The position numbers and the translations under genes were made by a program. From Amphiscolops sp. MND2022 (Eukaryota), in contig OZ076413.1 of the NCBI GenBank assembly GCA_964187785.1, positions 40,424,001-40,488,000 of the forward strand: a stretch of DNA of 64,000 nt, read 5' to 3'. Below are positions 22,301 through 37,300 of this stretch, in pieces (the stretch's first letter is position 1; every line of letters begins with the position of its first letter). The notes beneath the pieces were generated by a model. That model ran no database searches. It saw only the letters and a list, made by a program, of their open reading frames with translations, and was not told the origin of the DNA.

Positions 22301-25300
22301 TCTAAATACACACGGAGACGCTACGTTGCAAGTAAAATTGTCCTAATTGAAATGAAGGTTTAAACAAGAAAGGAAACGGAGTTTTTAGAAAGGATAATAA
22401 CGTCATAAGTTATTCAAAGGTTTCTAATTGGACTAAAGTTGTGTTTTATGGCATGTTTTATGGCATGTGATGAAGCTGTTTCCCACCTCACAATTGTGTG
22501 CTAAAATTAGTTTGCCTCGTTCTACTTCATTTATGAAGATTATCCAAAAGAATACGCTGTATGCACGTCATACGAAGCGTTTTTACTTTCAATTATCAAT
22601 GGATGCTTCAACATTATCATTTCACTCTGATTTAACTAATAAACTGAGAATAAAGCTGCTGTACTTACGCTTAAGCAAGTAAGAAAAATTTTTGTGACGT
22701 CACTGACTAGAATATTGGAAAAGTGGAATAATTTCTGTGATCGCCGCAATCCCACTGCCAACCGCTGGTAATATATAACTAATCTAAATACACACGGAGA
22801 CGCTAAGTTGCAATTGTATAATTGTCTTAGTTGAATTGAAGGTTTAAACAGAAACCAAAAGAGTACACTGTAAGCACGTTATACAAAACATTTTCACTTT
22901 CAATTATGAATGAAAGCTTCAACATTATCATTTCACTCTGATTTAACTAATATTTTGAAAATAAAGCTGCTGTATTTGCGCTAAAGCAAACAAGAATAAT
23001 TTTTGTGACGTCAATAACAGGAGAATTGGAAAAATGGAATAACTTCTGTGATCGCCGCAATCCCTCTGCCAACCGCTGGTGATTTATAACTAATCTAAAT
23101 ACACACGAAGACGCTAAGTTGCAATTGTAAAATTGTCTCAGTTGAAATGAAGGTTTAAACAGAAAATGAAACGGAAATTTTACCAGCGATAAAAGAGTCA
23201 TTAGTCATGCGAAGGGTTTCTAATTGGACTAAAGTTGTGTTGTAAGGTAAGTGATGAAGCTGTTTCCGACCTCACAATTGGGTGCTAAAATTAGTTTGCT
23301 TTGATCTACTTCATTCATGAAGAATAACCAAAAGAGTACACTGTAAGCACGTCATACAAAACATTTTCACTTTCAATTATAAATGGATGCTTCAACATTA
23401 TCATTTCACTCTGATTTAACTAATAAATTGAAACAGAAGCTGCTGTATTTGCGCTTAAGCAAAAAAGAATGACTTTTGTGACGTCACTAGCTAGAGAATT
23501 GGAATGACTTCTGTGATCGCCGCAATCCCTCTGCCAACTGCTGGTGAGCTATAACTAATCTAAATACTCACGGAGAAGCTAAGTTGCAATTGTATAATTG
23601 TCTTAGTTGAATTGAAGGTTTAAACCGAAACCAAAAGAGTACACTGTAAGCACGTTATACAAAACATTTTCACTTTCAATTATGAATGGAAGCTTCAACA
23701 TTATCATTTCACTCTGATTTAACTAATATTTTGAAAATAAAGCTGCTGTATTTGCGCTAAAGCAAACAAGAATAATTTTTGTGACGTCAATAACAAGAGA
23801 ATTGGAAAAATGGAATAATTTCTGTGATCGCCGCAATCCCTCTGCCAACCGCTGTTGATTTATAACTAATCTAAATACACACGAAGACGCTAAGTTGCAA
23901 TTGTAAAATTGTCTCAGTTGAATGAAGGTTTAAACAGAAAATGAAACGGAAATTTTACCAGCGACAAAAAAGTCATTAGTCATGCGAAGGGTTTCTAATT
24001 GGACTAAAGTTGTGTTGTAAGGTAAGTGATGAAGCTGTTTCCGACCTCACAATTGGGTGCTAAAATTAGTTTGCTTTGATCTACTTCATTCATGAAGAAT
24101 AACCAGAAGAACACGCTGTACACACGTCATCCAAAATATTTTCACTTTTAATTATAAATGGATGCTTCAACATTATCATTTCACTCTGATTTAACTAATA
24201 ATTTGAAAATAAAGCTGCTGTATTTACGTTTACCCAAACAAGCATGATTTTTGTGACGTCACTAATTAGAGAATTGGAATGATTTCTGTGGTTGTCAAAA
24301 TCCCTCTGCCAACCGCTGGGAAGCTATAAGTAATCTTAATACTTACGGAGACGCTAAGATGCAATAGTAAAATTGTCTTAGTTGAAATGAAGGTGTAAAC
24401 AGAAAATGAAGGGGAACTTTTACCAGAGATAATAATGTGATAAGTGATCGGGAGGGTTTGTAATTGGACTAAAGCTGTGTAAGGCGAGTGATGAAGCTGC
24501 TTCCCACCTCACAATTGGGTGCTAAAATTAGTTTGCTTTGATCTACTTCTTTAATGAAGATTAAACAGAAGAATACGCTGTACACACGTCATACAAAACA
24601 TTTTCACTTTCAATTTTAAATGGATGCTTCAACATTATCATTTCACTCTGATTCAGCCAATAATTTGAAAATAAAGCAGCTGTATTTGCGCTTAATCAAA
24701 CAAGCAAGATTTTTTTGACGTCACTAGTTAGAGAATGGGAATGATTTCTGTGGTCGCCACAATCCCTCTGCCAACTGCTGGTAAACTATAACTAATCTAA
24801 ATACACACTGAGACGCTAAGTAGCAATTGTATAATTGTCTTATTTAAAATGAAGTTTTAAACAGGAAACGAACGGGAACTTTTACAAAAGATAATAAAGT
24901 GATAAGTGATCCGAAAGGATTTTAATTGGACGAAAGTTATGTTGTAAGGTAAGTGTTGAAGCTGTTTCCCAACTCACAATTGGGTGCTATAACTAGTTTG
25001 CTTTGATGTATTCAATTATAATTGGATGTTTCAACATTATCATTCACTCTGATTTAACTAATAAATTGAAACAGAAGCTGCTGTATTTGCGCTTAAGCAA
25101 AAAAGAAAGACTTTTGAGACGTCACTAGCTAGAGAATTGGAATGATTTCTGTGATCGCCGCAATCGCTCTGCCAACTGCTGGTGAGCTATAACTAATCTA
25201 AATACTCACGGAGACGCTAAGTTGCAATTGTAAAATTGTCTTAGTGGGCATGAAGGTTAGAACAAAAAACAAAAGAGAATTTTTACCAGAGATGATAAAG

Positions 25301-28300
25301 TCATAAGTTATCCGAAGGTTTTCTATTTGGAAAAAAGTTGTGTTGTAAGGTAAGTGATGAAGCTGTTTCCCAACTCACAATTGGGTGCTATAATTAGTTT
25401 GCTTTGCTGTACTTCATTCATGAAGAATAACCAAAAGAATAGGCTGTAAGCACGTCATACGAAACATTTTTACTTTCAATTATAATTGGATAATTCAACA
25501 TTATCAATCCACTCTGATTTAACTTATATATCAAAAATGAAGCTGCTGTAGTTGCGCTTAAGCAAATAAGAATAACTTTTGTGACGTCACCGGCTAGAGA
25601 AATGGAATGATTTCTGTGATTGCCGCAATCCCTCTGCCAACCGCTGGTAAGCTATAACTAATCTAAATACACACGGAGACGCTACGTTGCAAGTAGAATT
25701 GTCTTAATTGAAATGAAGTTTTAAACAAGAAAGGAAAGGGAGTTTTTACAAAGGATAATAAAGTCATAAGTTATTCAAAGGTTTCTTATTTGACTAAAGT
25801 TGTGTTTTATGTTATGTTTTATGACATGTGATGAAGCAGTTTCCGACCTCACAATTGTGTGCTAAAATTAGTTTGCCTCGTTCTACTTCATTTATGAAGA
25901 TTATCCAAAAGAATACGCTGTATGCACGTCATACGAAGCGTTTTTACTTTCAATTATCAGTGGATGCTTGAACATTATCATTTCACTCTGATTTAACTAA
26001 TAAACTGAGAATAAAGCTGATGTACTTACGCTTAAGCAAATAAGAAAGATTTTTGTGACGTCACTGACGAGAAAATTGGAAAAGTGGAATAATTTCGGTG
26101 ATCGCCGCAATCCCTCTGCCAACCGCTGGTAATATATAACTAATCTAAATACACACGGAGACGCTAAGTTGCAATTGTATAATTGTCTTAGTTGAAATGA
26201 AGGTTTAAACAGAAACTGAAAGCGAATTTTTACCAGAGAGAATAAAGTCATAAGTTATCCGAAGGGTTTCAAATTGGACTAAATTTGTGTTGTGAGGCAA
26301 GTGATGGAACTGTTTCCCACCTCTCAATTGGGTGCTAAAATTAGTTCGCTTTGCTCTACTTCATTCATGAAGATTAACCAAAAGAGTACACTGTAAGCAC
26401 GTCATACAAAACATTTCCACTTTCAATTATAAATGGATGCCTCAACATAATCATTTCACTATGATTCAACTAAAAATTCGAAAATAAAGCTGCTGTATTT
26501 ACGCTTAAGCAAACAAGAAAAATTTTTGTGATGTCACTAACAAGAGAATTGGAATGATTTCTGTGATCGCCGCAATCCCTCTGCCAACGGCTGGTAAGCT
26601 ATAACTAATCTAAATACACACAGAGACGCTAAGTTGCAATTGTGATATTGCCTTAGTTGGAATGAAGGTTAAAACAGAAAATGAAAAGGATTTTTTACCA
26701 GAGATAATAAAATTATAAGTTATCCGAAGGGTTTCAAATTGGACTAAAGTTATGTTCGAGGCAAGTGATGGAACTGTTTCCCACCTCTCAATTGGGTGCT
26801 AAAAATAGATTACATTGCTCTACTTCATTCATGAAGATGAACCAAAAGAATACGCTGTGTGCACGTCATACGAAACATTTTTACTTTCAATTATAGATGG
26901 ATGTTTTAACATTATCATTTCACTCTGATTCAACTACTAAACTGAAAAAAAGCTGCTGTATTTGCGCTTAAGCAAATAAGAATGATTTTGTGACATCACT
27001 GGCTAGAGAATTGGAAAATTGAAATAATTTCTGTGATCGCCGTAATCCCTCTGCCAACCGCTGGTAATCTATAACTAATCTAAATACAACGGAGACGCTA
27101 AGTTTCAATTGCAAAATAGTCTTAGTTGAAAAGAAGGTTTAAACAGAAGATGCAAAGGAAATTTTACCAGAGATAATAAAGTCATAAGTCATGTGAAGGG
27201 TTTCTAACTGGAGAAGAGTTGTGTTGTAAGGTAAGTGATGAAGCTGTTACCCACCTCACAATTGGGTGCTAAAATTAGTTTGCTTTGCTCTACTTCATTC
27301 ATGAAGATTAACCAAAACAATACGCTGTAAGCACGTCATACGAAACAATTTTACTTTCAATTATAAAGGGGTGCTTCAACATTATCATTTCACCCTGATT
27401 TAACTATTAAACTGAGAATAAAGCTGCTGTACTTACGCTTAAGCAAATAAGAAAGATTTTTGTGACGTTACTAGCTAGGGAATTGGAATCATTTCTGTGA
27501 TCGCCGCAATCCCTCTGCCAACGGCTGCTAAGCTATAACTAATCTAAATACACACGGAGACGCTAAGTTGCAATTGTGATATTGCCTTAGTTGGAATGAA
27601 GGTTAAAACAGAAAATGAAAAGGATTTTCTACCAAAGATAATAAAGTCATAAGTTATCCGAAAGGTTTCAAATAGGACTAAAGTTATGTTGTGAGGCAAG
27701 CAATGGAACTGTTTCCCACCTCTCAATTGGGTGCAAAAATTAGTGTTCATTGCTCTACTTCATTCATGAAGATTAACCAAAAGAATACGCTGTGCGCACG
27801 TCATACGAAACATTTTTACTTTCAATTATAAATGGACGCTTCAACATTATCATTTCACTCTGACTTAACTACTAAACTGAAAATAAAGCTGCTGTATTTA
27901 CTCTTGAGCAAAAAGGAATGATTTTGTGACTTCGCTGGCTAGAGAATTGGAATGATTTCTGTGATCGCTGCAATCCCTCTGCCAACGGCTGGTAAGCTAT
28001 AAATAATCTAAATACACACGGAGACGCTAAGTTGCAATTGTGATATTGCCTTAATTGGAATGAAGGTTAAAACAGAAAATGAAAAGGATTTTTTACCAGA
28101 GATAATAAAGCCATAAGTTATCTGAAGGGTTTCAAATTGGACTAAAATTATTTTGTGAGGCAAGTGATGGAACTGTTTCCCACCTCTCAATTGGGTGCTA
28201 AATTTAGTTTGCATTGCTCTACTTCATTCATGAAGATTAACCAAAAGAATACGCTGTAAGCACGTCATACGAAGCAGTTTTACTTCAATTATAAATGGAT

Positions 28301-31300
28301 GTTTCAACATCATCATTTCACTCTGATTCAACTACTAAACTGAAAATAAAGCTGCTGTATTTACTCTTGAGCAAAAAGGAATGATTTTGTGACTTCACTG
28401 GCTAGAGAATTGGAATGATTTCTGTGATCGCCGCAATCCCTCTGCCAACGGCTGGTAAGCTATAAATAATCTAAATACACACGGAGACGCTAAGTTGCAA
28501 TTGTGATATTGCCTTAGTTGGAATGAAGGTTAAAACAGAAAATGAAAAGGATTTTTTACCAGAGATAATAAAGTCATAAGTTATCTGAAGGGTTTCAAAT
28601 TGGACTAAAATTATTTTGTGAGGCAAGTGATGGAACTGTTTCCCACCTCTCAATTGGGTGCTAAATTTAGTTTGCATTGCTCTACTTCATTCATGAAGAT
28701 TAACCAAAAGAATACGCTGTAAGCACGTCATACGAAGCAGTTTTACTTTCAATTATAGATGGATGTTTCAACATCATCATTTCACTCTGATTCAACCATT
28801 AAACTGGAAGGAAAGCTGCTGTATTTGCGCTTAAGCAAATAAGAAAAAGTTTGTGACGTCACTGGCTAGAGAAACAAAAAATTGAAACAATTTCTGTGAT
28901 CGCCGCAACCCCTCTGCCAACCGCTGGTAATCTATAACTAATCTAAATACAACGGAGACGCTAAGTTGCAATTGTAAAATAGTCTTAGTTGAAAAGAAGG
29001 TTTAAACAGAAAATGCAAAGGAAATTTCACCAGAGATAATAAAGTCATAAGTCATGCGAAGGGTTTCTAACTGGAGGAGAGTTGTGTTGTAAGGTAAATG
29101 ATGAAGCTGTTACCCACCTCACAATTGGGTGCTAAAATTTGTTTGCTTTGCTCTACTTCATTCATGAAGATTAACCAAAAGAATACGCTGTAAGCACGTC
29201 ATACGAAACATTTTTACTTTCAATTATAAAGGGGTGCTTCAACATTATCATTTCACCTTGATTTAACTAATAGACTGAGAATAAAGCTGCTGTATTTACT
29301 CTTGAGCAAAAAGGAATGATTTTGTGACTTCACTGGCTAGAGAATTGGAATGATTACTGTGATTGCCGCAATCCCTCTGCCAACGGCTGGTAAGCTATAA
29401 ATAATCTAAATACACACGGAGACGCTAAGTTGCAATTGTGATATTGCCTTAGTTGGAATGAAGGTTAAAACAGAAAATGAAAAGGATTTTTTACCAGAGA
29501 TAATAAAGTCATAAGTTATCTGAAGGGTTTCAAATTGGACTAAAATTATTTTGTGAGGCAAGTGATGGAACTGTTTCCCACCTCTCAATTGGGTGCTAAA
29601 TTTAGTTTGCATTGCTCTACTTCATTCATGAAGATTAACCAAAAGAATACGCTGTAAGCACGTCATACGAAGCAGTTTTACTTCAATTATAAATGGATGT
29701 TTCAACATCATCATTTCACTCTGATTCAACTACTAAACTGAAAATAAAGCTGCTGTATTTACTCTTGAGCAAAAAGGAATGATTTTGTGACTTCACTGGC
29801 TAGAGAATTGGAATGATTTCTGTGATCGCCGCAACACCTCTGCCAACCGCTGTTAAGCTATAACTAATCTCTTAACACACGGAGACGCTAAATTGAAATT
29901 GTGATATTGCCTTAGTTGAAATGAAGGTTAAAACAGAAAATGAAAGAAATTTTTTACCAGAGTTAATAAAGTCATAAGTTATCCGAAGGGTTTCAGATTG
30001 GACTAAAATTGTGTTGTGAGGTAAGTGATAAAGCTGTTTCCCACCTCACAATTGGGTGCTAAAATTAGTTTGCTTTGCTGTACTTCATTCATGAAGAAGC
30101 ACCAAAAGAATACGCTGTAAGCACGTCATACGAAGCAATTTTACTTTCAATTATAGATGGATGTTTCAACATCATCATTTCACTCTGATTCAACCATTAA
30201 ACTGAAAAGAAAGCTGCTGTATTTGCGCTTAAGCAAATAAGAAAAATTTTGTGACGTCACTGGCTAGAGAAACAAAAAATTGAAACAATTTCTGTGATCG
30301 CCGCAACCCCTCTGCCAACCGCTGGTAATCTATAACTAATCTAAATACAACGGAGACGCTAAGTTGCAATTGTAAAATAGTCTTAGTTGAAAAGAAGGTT
30401 TAAACAGAAAATGCAAAGGAAATTTCACCAGAGATAATAAAGTCATAAGTCATGCGAAGGGTTTCTAACTGGAGGAGAGTTGTGTTGTAAGGTAAGTGAT
30501 GAAGCTGTTACCCGCCTCGCAATTGGGTGCTAAAATTAGTTTGCTTTGCTCTACTTCATTCATGAAGAATAACCAAAAGAATACGCTGTAAGCACATCAT
30601 ACGAAACATTTTTACTTTCAATTACAAAGGGGTGCTTCAACATTATCATTTCACCCTGATTTAACTAATAAACTGAGAATAAAGCTGCTGTACTTACGCT
30701 TAAGCAAATAAGAAAGATTTTTGTGACGTCACTAGCTAGAGAATTGGAATGATTTCTGTGATCGCCGCAATCCCTCTGCCAACGGCTGGTAAGCTATAAC
30801 TAATCTAAATACACACGGAGACGCTAAGTTGCAATTGTGATATTGCCTTAGTTGGAATGAAGGTTAAAACAGAAAATGAAAATGATTTTTCACCAAAAAT
30901 AATAAAGACATAAATTATCCGAAAGGTTTCAAATTGGACTAAAGTTATGTTGTGAGGCAAGTGATGGAACTGTTTCCCACCTCTCAATTGGGTGCTAAAA
31001 TTAGTTTGCTTTGCTCTACTTCATTCATGAAGATTAACCAAAAGAATACGCTGTAAGCACGTCATACGAAACATTTTTACTTTCAATTACAAAGGGGTGC
31101 TTCAACATTATCATTTCACCCTGATTTAACTAATGAACTGAGAATAAAGCTGCTGTACTTACGCTTAAGCAAATAAGAAAGATTTTTGTGACGTCACTAG
31201 CTAGATAATTGGAATGATTTCTGTGATCGCCGCAGTCCCTCTGCCAACGGCTGGTAAGCTTTAACTAATCTAAATACACACGGAGACGCTAAGTTGCAAA

Positions 31301-34300
31301 AGTGATATTGCCTTAGTTGGAATGAAGGTTAAAACAGAAAATGAAAAAGGTTTTTCACCAAAGATAATAAAGACATAAGTTATCCGAAAGGTTTCAAATT
31401 GGACTAAAGTTATGTTGTGAGGCAAGTGATGGAACTGTTTCCCACCTCTCAATTGGGTGCTAAAATTAGTTTGCATTGCTCTACTTCATTCATGAAGATT
31501 AACCAAAAGAATACGCTGTGCGCACGTCATACGAAACATTTTTACTTTCAGTTATAAATGGACGCTTCAACGTTATCGTTTCACTCTGACTTAACTACTA
31601 AACTGAAAATAAAGCTGCTGCATTTGCTTTGCGCTTAAGCAAATAAGAATGATTTTGTGACGTCACTGGCTAGAGAATTGAAAAATTGCAACAATTTCTG
31701 TGATCGCCGCAATCCCTCTGCCAACCGCTGGTAATCTATAACTAATCTAAATACAACGGAGACGCTAAGTTGCAATTGTAAAATAGTCTTAGTTGAAAAG
31801 AAGGTTTAAACAGAAAATGCAAAGGAAATTTCACCAGAGATAATAAAGTCATAAGTCATGCGAAGGGTTTCTAACTGGAGGAGAGTTGTGTTGTAAGGTA
31901 AGTGATGAAGCTGTTACCCACCTCACAATTGGGTGCTAAAATTAGTTGGCTTTGCTCTACTCCATTCATGAAGATTAACCAAAAGAATACGCTGTAAGCA
32001 CGTCATACGAAACATCTCTACTTTCAATTACAAAGGGAGTGCTTCAACATTATCATTTCACCCTGATTTAACTAATAAACTGAGAATAAAGCTGCTGTAC
32101 TTACGCTTAAGCAAATAAGAAAGATTTTTGTGACGTCACTAGCTAGAGAATTGGAATGATTTCTGTGATCGCCGCAATCCCTCTGCCAACGGCTGGTAAG
32201 CTATAACTAATCTAAATACACACGGAGACGCTAAGTTGCAATTGTGATATTGCCTTAGTTGGAATGAAGGTTAAAACAGAAAATGAAAATGATTTTTCAC
32301 CAAAAATAATAAAGACATAAGTTATCCGAAAGGTTTCAAATTGGACTAAAGTTATGTTGTGAGGCAAGTGATGGAACTGTTTCCCACCTCTCAATTGGGT
32401 GCTAAAATTAGTTTGCTTTGCTCTACTTCATTCATGAAGATTAACCAAAAGAATACGCTGTAAGCACGTCATACGAACCATTTTTACTTTCAATTACAAA
32501 GGGGTGCTTCAACAATATCATTTCACCCTGATTTAACTAATGAACTGAGAATAAAGCTGCTGTACTTACGCTTAAGCAAATAAGAAAGATTTTTGTGACG
32601 TCACTAGCTAGATAATTGGAATGATTTCTGTGATCGCCGCAGTCCCTCTGCCAACGGCTGGTAAGCTTTAACTAACCTAAATACACACGGAGACGCTAAG
32701 TTGCAAAAGTGATATTGCCTTAGTTGGAATGAAGGTTAAAACAGAAAATGAAAAAGGTTTTTCACCAAAGATAATAAAGACATAAGTTATCCGAAAGGTT
32801 TCAAATTGGACTAAAGTTATGTTGTGAGGCAAGTGATGGAACTGTTTCCCACCTCTCAATTGGGTGCTAAAATTAGTTTGCATTGCTCTACTTCATTCAT
32901 GAAGATTAACCAAAAGAATACGCTGTGCGCACGTCATACGAAACATTTTTACTTTCAGTTATAAATGGACGCTTCAACGTTATCGTTTCACTCTGACTTA
33001 ACTACTAAACTGAAAATAAAGCTGCTGCATTTGCGCTTAAGCAAATAAGAATGATTTTGTGACGTCACTGGCTAGAGAATTGAAAAATTGCAACAATTTC
33101 TGTGATCGCCGCAATCCCTCTGCCAACCGCTGGTAATCTATAACTAATCTAAATACAACGGAGACGCTAAGTTGCAATTGTAAAATAGTCTTAGTTGAAA
33201 AGAAGGTTTAAACAGAAAATGCAAAGGAAATTTCACCAGAGATAATAAAGTCATAAGTCATGCGAAGGGTTTCTAACTGGAGGAGAGTTGTGTTGTAAGG
33301 TAAGTGATGAAGCTGTTACCCAACTCACAATTGGGTGCTAAAATTAGTTGGCTTTGCTCTACTCCATTCATGAAGATTAACCAAAAGAATACGCTGTAAG
33401 CAGGTCATACGAAACATCTCTACTTTCAATTACAAAGGGAGTGCTTCAACATTATCATTTCACCCTGATTTAACTAATAAACTGAGAATAAAGCTGCTGT
33501 ACTTACGCTTAAGCAAATAAGAAAGATTTTTGTGACGTCACTAGCTAGAGAATTGGAATGATTTCTGTGATCGCCGCAATCCCTCTGCCAACGGCTGGTA
33601 AGCTATAACTAATCTAAATACACACGGAGACGCTAAGTTGCAATTGTGATGTTGCCTTAGTTGGAATGAAATTTAAAACAGAAAATGAAAAGGAAATTTT
33701 ACCAGAGATAATAAAGTCATAAGTTATCCGAAAGGTTTCAAATTGGACTAAAGTTATGTTGTGAGGCAAGTGATGGAATTGTTTCCCACCTCTCAATTGG
33801 ATGCTAAAATTAGTTTGCATTGCTCTACTTCATTCATGAAGATTAACCAAAAGAATACGCTGTGCGCACGTCATACGAAACAATTTTACTTTCAATTATA
33901 AATGGACGCTTCAACATTATCGTTTCACTCTGACTTAACTACTAAACTGAAAATAAAGCTGCTGCATTTACTCTTGAGCAAAAAGGAATGATTTTGTGAC
34001 TTCACTGGCTAGAGAATTGGAATGATTTCTGTGAGCGCCGCAACACCTCTGCCAACCGCTGGTAAGCTATAACCAATCTCATTACACACAAATACGCTAA
34101 GTTGCAGTTGTAAAAATGTCTTAGTTGAAATGAAGGTTAAAACAGAAAATGAAAGAAATTTTTTACCAGAGATAATAAAGTCATAATTTATCCGAAGGGT
34201 TTCGAATTGGACTAAAGTAGTGTTGTGAGGTAAGTGATAAAGTTGTTTCCATTCTCACAATTGGGTGCTAAAATTAGTTTGCTTTGCTGTACTTCATTCA

Positions 34301-37300
34301 AGAAGAATAACCAAAAGAATACGCTGTAAGCACGTCATACGAAGCATATTTACTTTTAATTATAGATGGAAGTTTCAACATCATGATTTCACTCTGATTC
34401 AACTATTAAACTGAAAAGAAAGCTGCTGTGTTTGCGGTTAAGCAAATAAGAATGATTTTGTGACATCACTGGCTAAAGAATTGGAAAATTGAAATAATTT
34501 CTGTGATCGCCGCAATACCTCTGCCAACCGATGGTAATCTATAACTCATCTAAATACAACGGAGACGCTAAACTCCAATTGTAAATTAGTCTTACTTGAA
34601 AAGAAGGTTTAAACAGAAGATGCAAAGGAAAATTTACCAGAGATAATAAAGTCATAAGTCATGCGAAGGGTTTCTATCTGGAGGAGAGTTGTGTTGTAAG
34701 GTAAATGATGAAGCTGTTACCCACCTCACAATTGGGTGCTAAAATTTGTTTGCTTTGCTCTACTTCATTCATGAAGAATAACCAAAAGAATACGCTGTAA
34801 GCACGTCATGCGAAACATTTTTACTTTCAATTATAAAGGGGTGCTTCAACATTATCATTTCACCCTGATTTAACTAATAAACTGAGAATAAAGCTGCTGT
34901 ACTTACGCTTAAGCAAATAAGAAAGATTTTTGTGACGTCACTAGCTAGAGAATTGGAATGATTTCTGTGATCGCCGCAATCCCTCTGCCAACGGCTGGTA
35001 AGCTATAACTAATCTAAATACACACGGAGACGCTAAGTTGCAATTGTGATATTGCCTTAGTTGGAATGAAGGTTAAAACAGAAAATGAAAGAAATTTTTT
35101 ACCAGAGATAATAAAGTCATAAGTTATCCGAAAGGTTTCAAATTGGACTAATTTATGTTGTGAGGCAAGTAATGGAACTGTTTCCCTCTCTCAATTGGGA
35201 GCAAAAATTAGTTTGCATTGCTCTTCTTCATTCATGAAGATTAACCAAAAGAATACGCTTTGCGCACGTCATACGAAACATTTTTACTTTCAATTATAAA
35301 TGGACGCTTCAACATTATCGTTTCACTCTGACTTAACTACTTAACTGAAAATAAAGCTGCTGCATTTACTCTTGAGCAAAAAGGAATGATTTTGTGACTT
35401 CACTGGCTAGAGAATTGGAATGATTTCTGTGATCGCCGCAACACCTCTGCCAAATGATGGAAAGCTATAACCAATCTCATTACACACAAATACACTGAGT
35501 TGCAATTGTAAAATAGTCTTACTTGAAAAAAAGGTTTAAACAGAAAATGCAAAGGAATATTTACCAGAGATAAAAAAGTCATAAGCCTTGCTAAGGGGTT
35601 CTAACTGGAGGAGAGTTGTGTTGTAAGGTAAGTGATGAAGCTGTTACCCACCTCACAATTGGGTGCTAAAACTAGTTTCGTTTGCTCTACTTCATTCATG
35701 AAGAATAACCAAAAGAATACGCTGTAAGCACGTCATACGAAATATTTTTACTTTCAATTATAAAGGGGTGCTTCAACATTATCATTTCACCCTGATTTAA
35801 CTAATAAACTGAGAATAAAGCTGCTGTACTTACGCTTAAAGCAAATAAGAAAGATTTTTGTGACGTCACTAGCTAGAGAATTGGAATGATTTCTATGATC
35901 GCCGCAATCCCTCTGCCAACGGCTGATAAGCTATAACTAATCTAAATACACACGGAGACGCTAAGTTGCCATTGTGATTTTGCCTTAGTTGGAATGAAGG
36001 TTAAAACAGAAAATGAAAAGGATTTTTTTCCAGAGATAATAAAGTCATAAGTTATCCGAAAGGTTTCAAATTGGACTAAAGTTATGTTGTGAGGCAAGTG
36101 ATGGAACTGTTTCCCACCTCTCAATTGGGTGCTGAAATTAGTTTGCATTGCTCTACTTAATTCATGAAGATTAACCAAAAGAATACGCTGTATGCACGTC
36201 ATACGGAACATTTTTACTTTCAATTATAAAGGGGTGCTTCAACATTATCATTTCACCCTGATTTAATTAATAAACTGAGAATGAAGCTGCTGTACTTACG
36301 CTTAAGCAAATAAGAAAGACTTTTGTGACGTCACTAGCTAGAGAATTGGAATGACTTCTCTGATCGCCGCAACACCTCTGCCAACCACTGGTAAGCTATA
36401 ACCAATCTCATTACACACAAATAGGCTAAGTTGCAGTTGTAAAATTGTCTTAGTTGAAATGAAGGTTAATACAGAAAATGAAAGAAATTTTTTACCAGAG
36501 ATAATAAAGTCATAAGTTATCCGAAGGGTTTCTAATTGGACTAAAGTTGTGTTGTGAGGTAAGTGATAAAACTGTTTCCCACCTCACAATTGGGTGCTAA
36601 AATTAGTTTGCTTTGCTGTACTTCATTCATGAAGAATAACCAAAAGAATACGCTGTAAGCACGTCATACGAAGCATATTTACTTTCACTTATAGATGGAT
36701 GTTTCAACATCATCATTTCACTCTGATTCAACTATTAAACTGAAAAGAAAGCTGTTGTATTTGCGCTTATGCAAATAAGAGTGATTTTGTGACGTCACTG
36801 GCTAGAGAATTGGAAAATTGTAATAATTTCTGTGATCGCCGCAATCCCTCTGCCAACCGCTGGTGATCCATAACTAATCTAAATACAACGGAGACGCTTA
36901 GTTGCAATTGTGAAATAGTCTTAGTTGAAAAGAAGGCTTCAACAGAAAATGCAAAGGAAATTTTACCAGAGATAAAAAAGTCATAAGTCATGCGAAGGGT
37001 TTCTAACTGGAGGAGAGTTGTGTTGTAAGGTAAGTGATGAAGCTGTTACCCACCTCTCAATTGGGTGCTAAAATTAGTTTGCTTTGCTCTACATCATTCA
37101 TGAAGTTTAACCAAAAGAATACGCTGTAAGCACGTCATACGAAACATTTTTACTTTCAATTATAAAAGGGTGCTTCAACATTATCATTTCACCCTGATTT
37201 ACCTAATAAACTGAGAATAAAGCTGCTGTACTTACGCTTAAGCAAAAAAGAAAGGTTTTTGTGACGTCACTAGCTAGAGAATTGGAATGATTTCTGTGAT

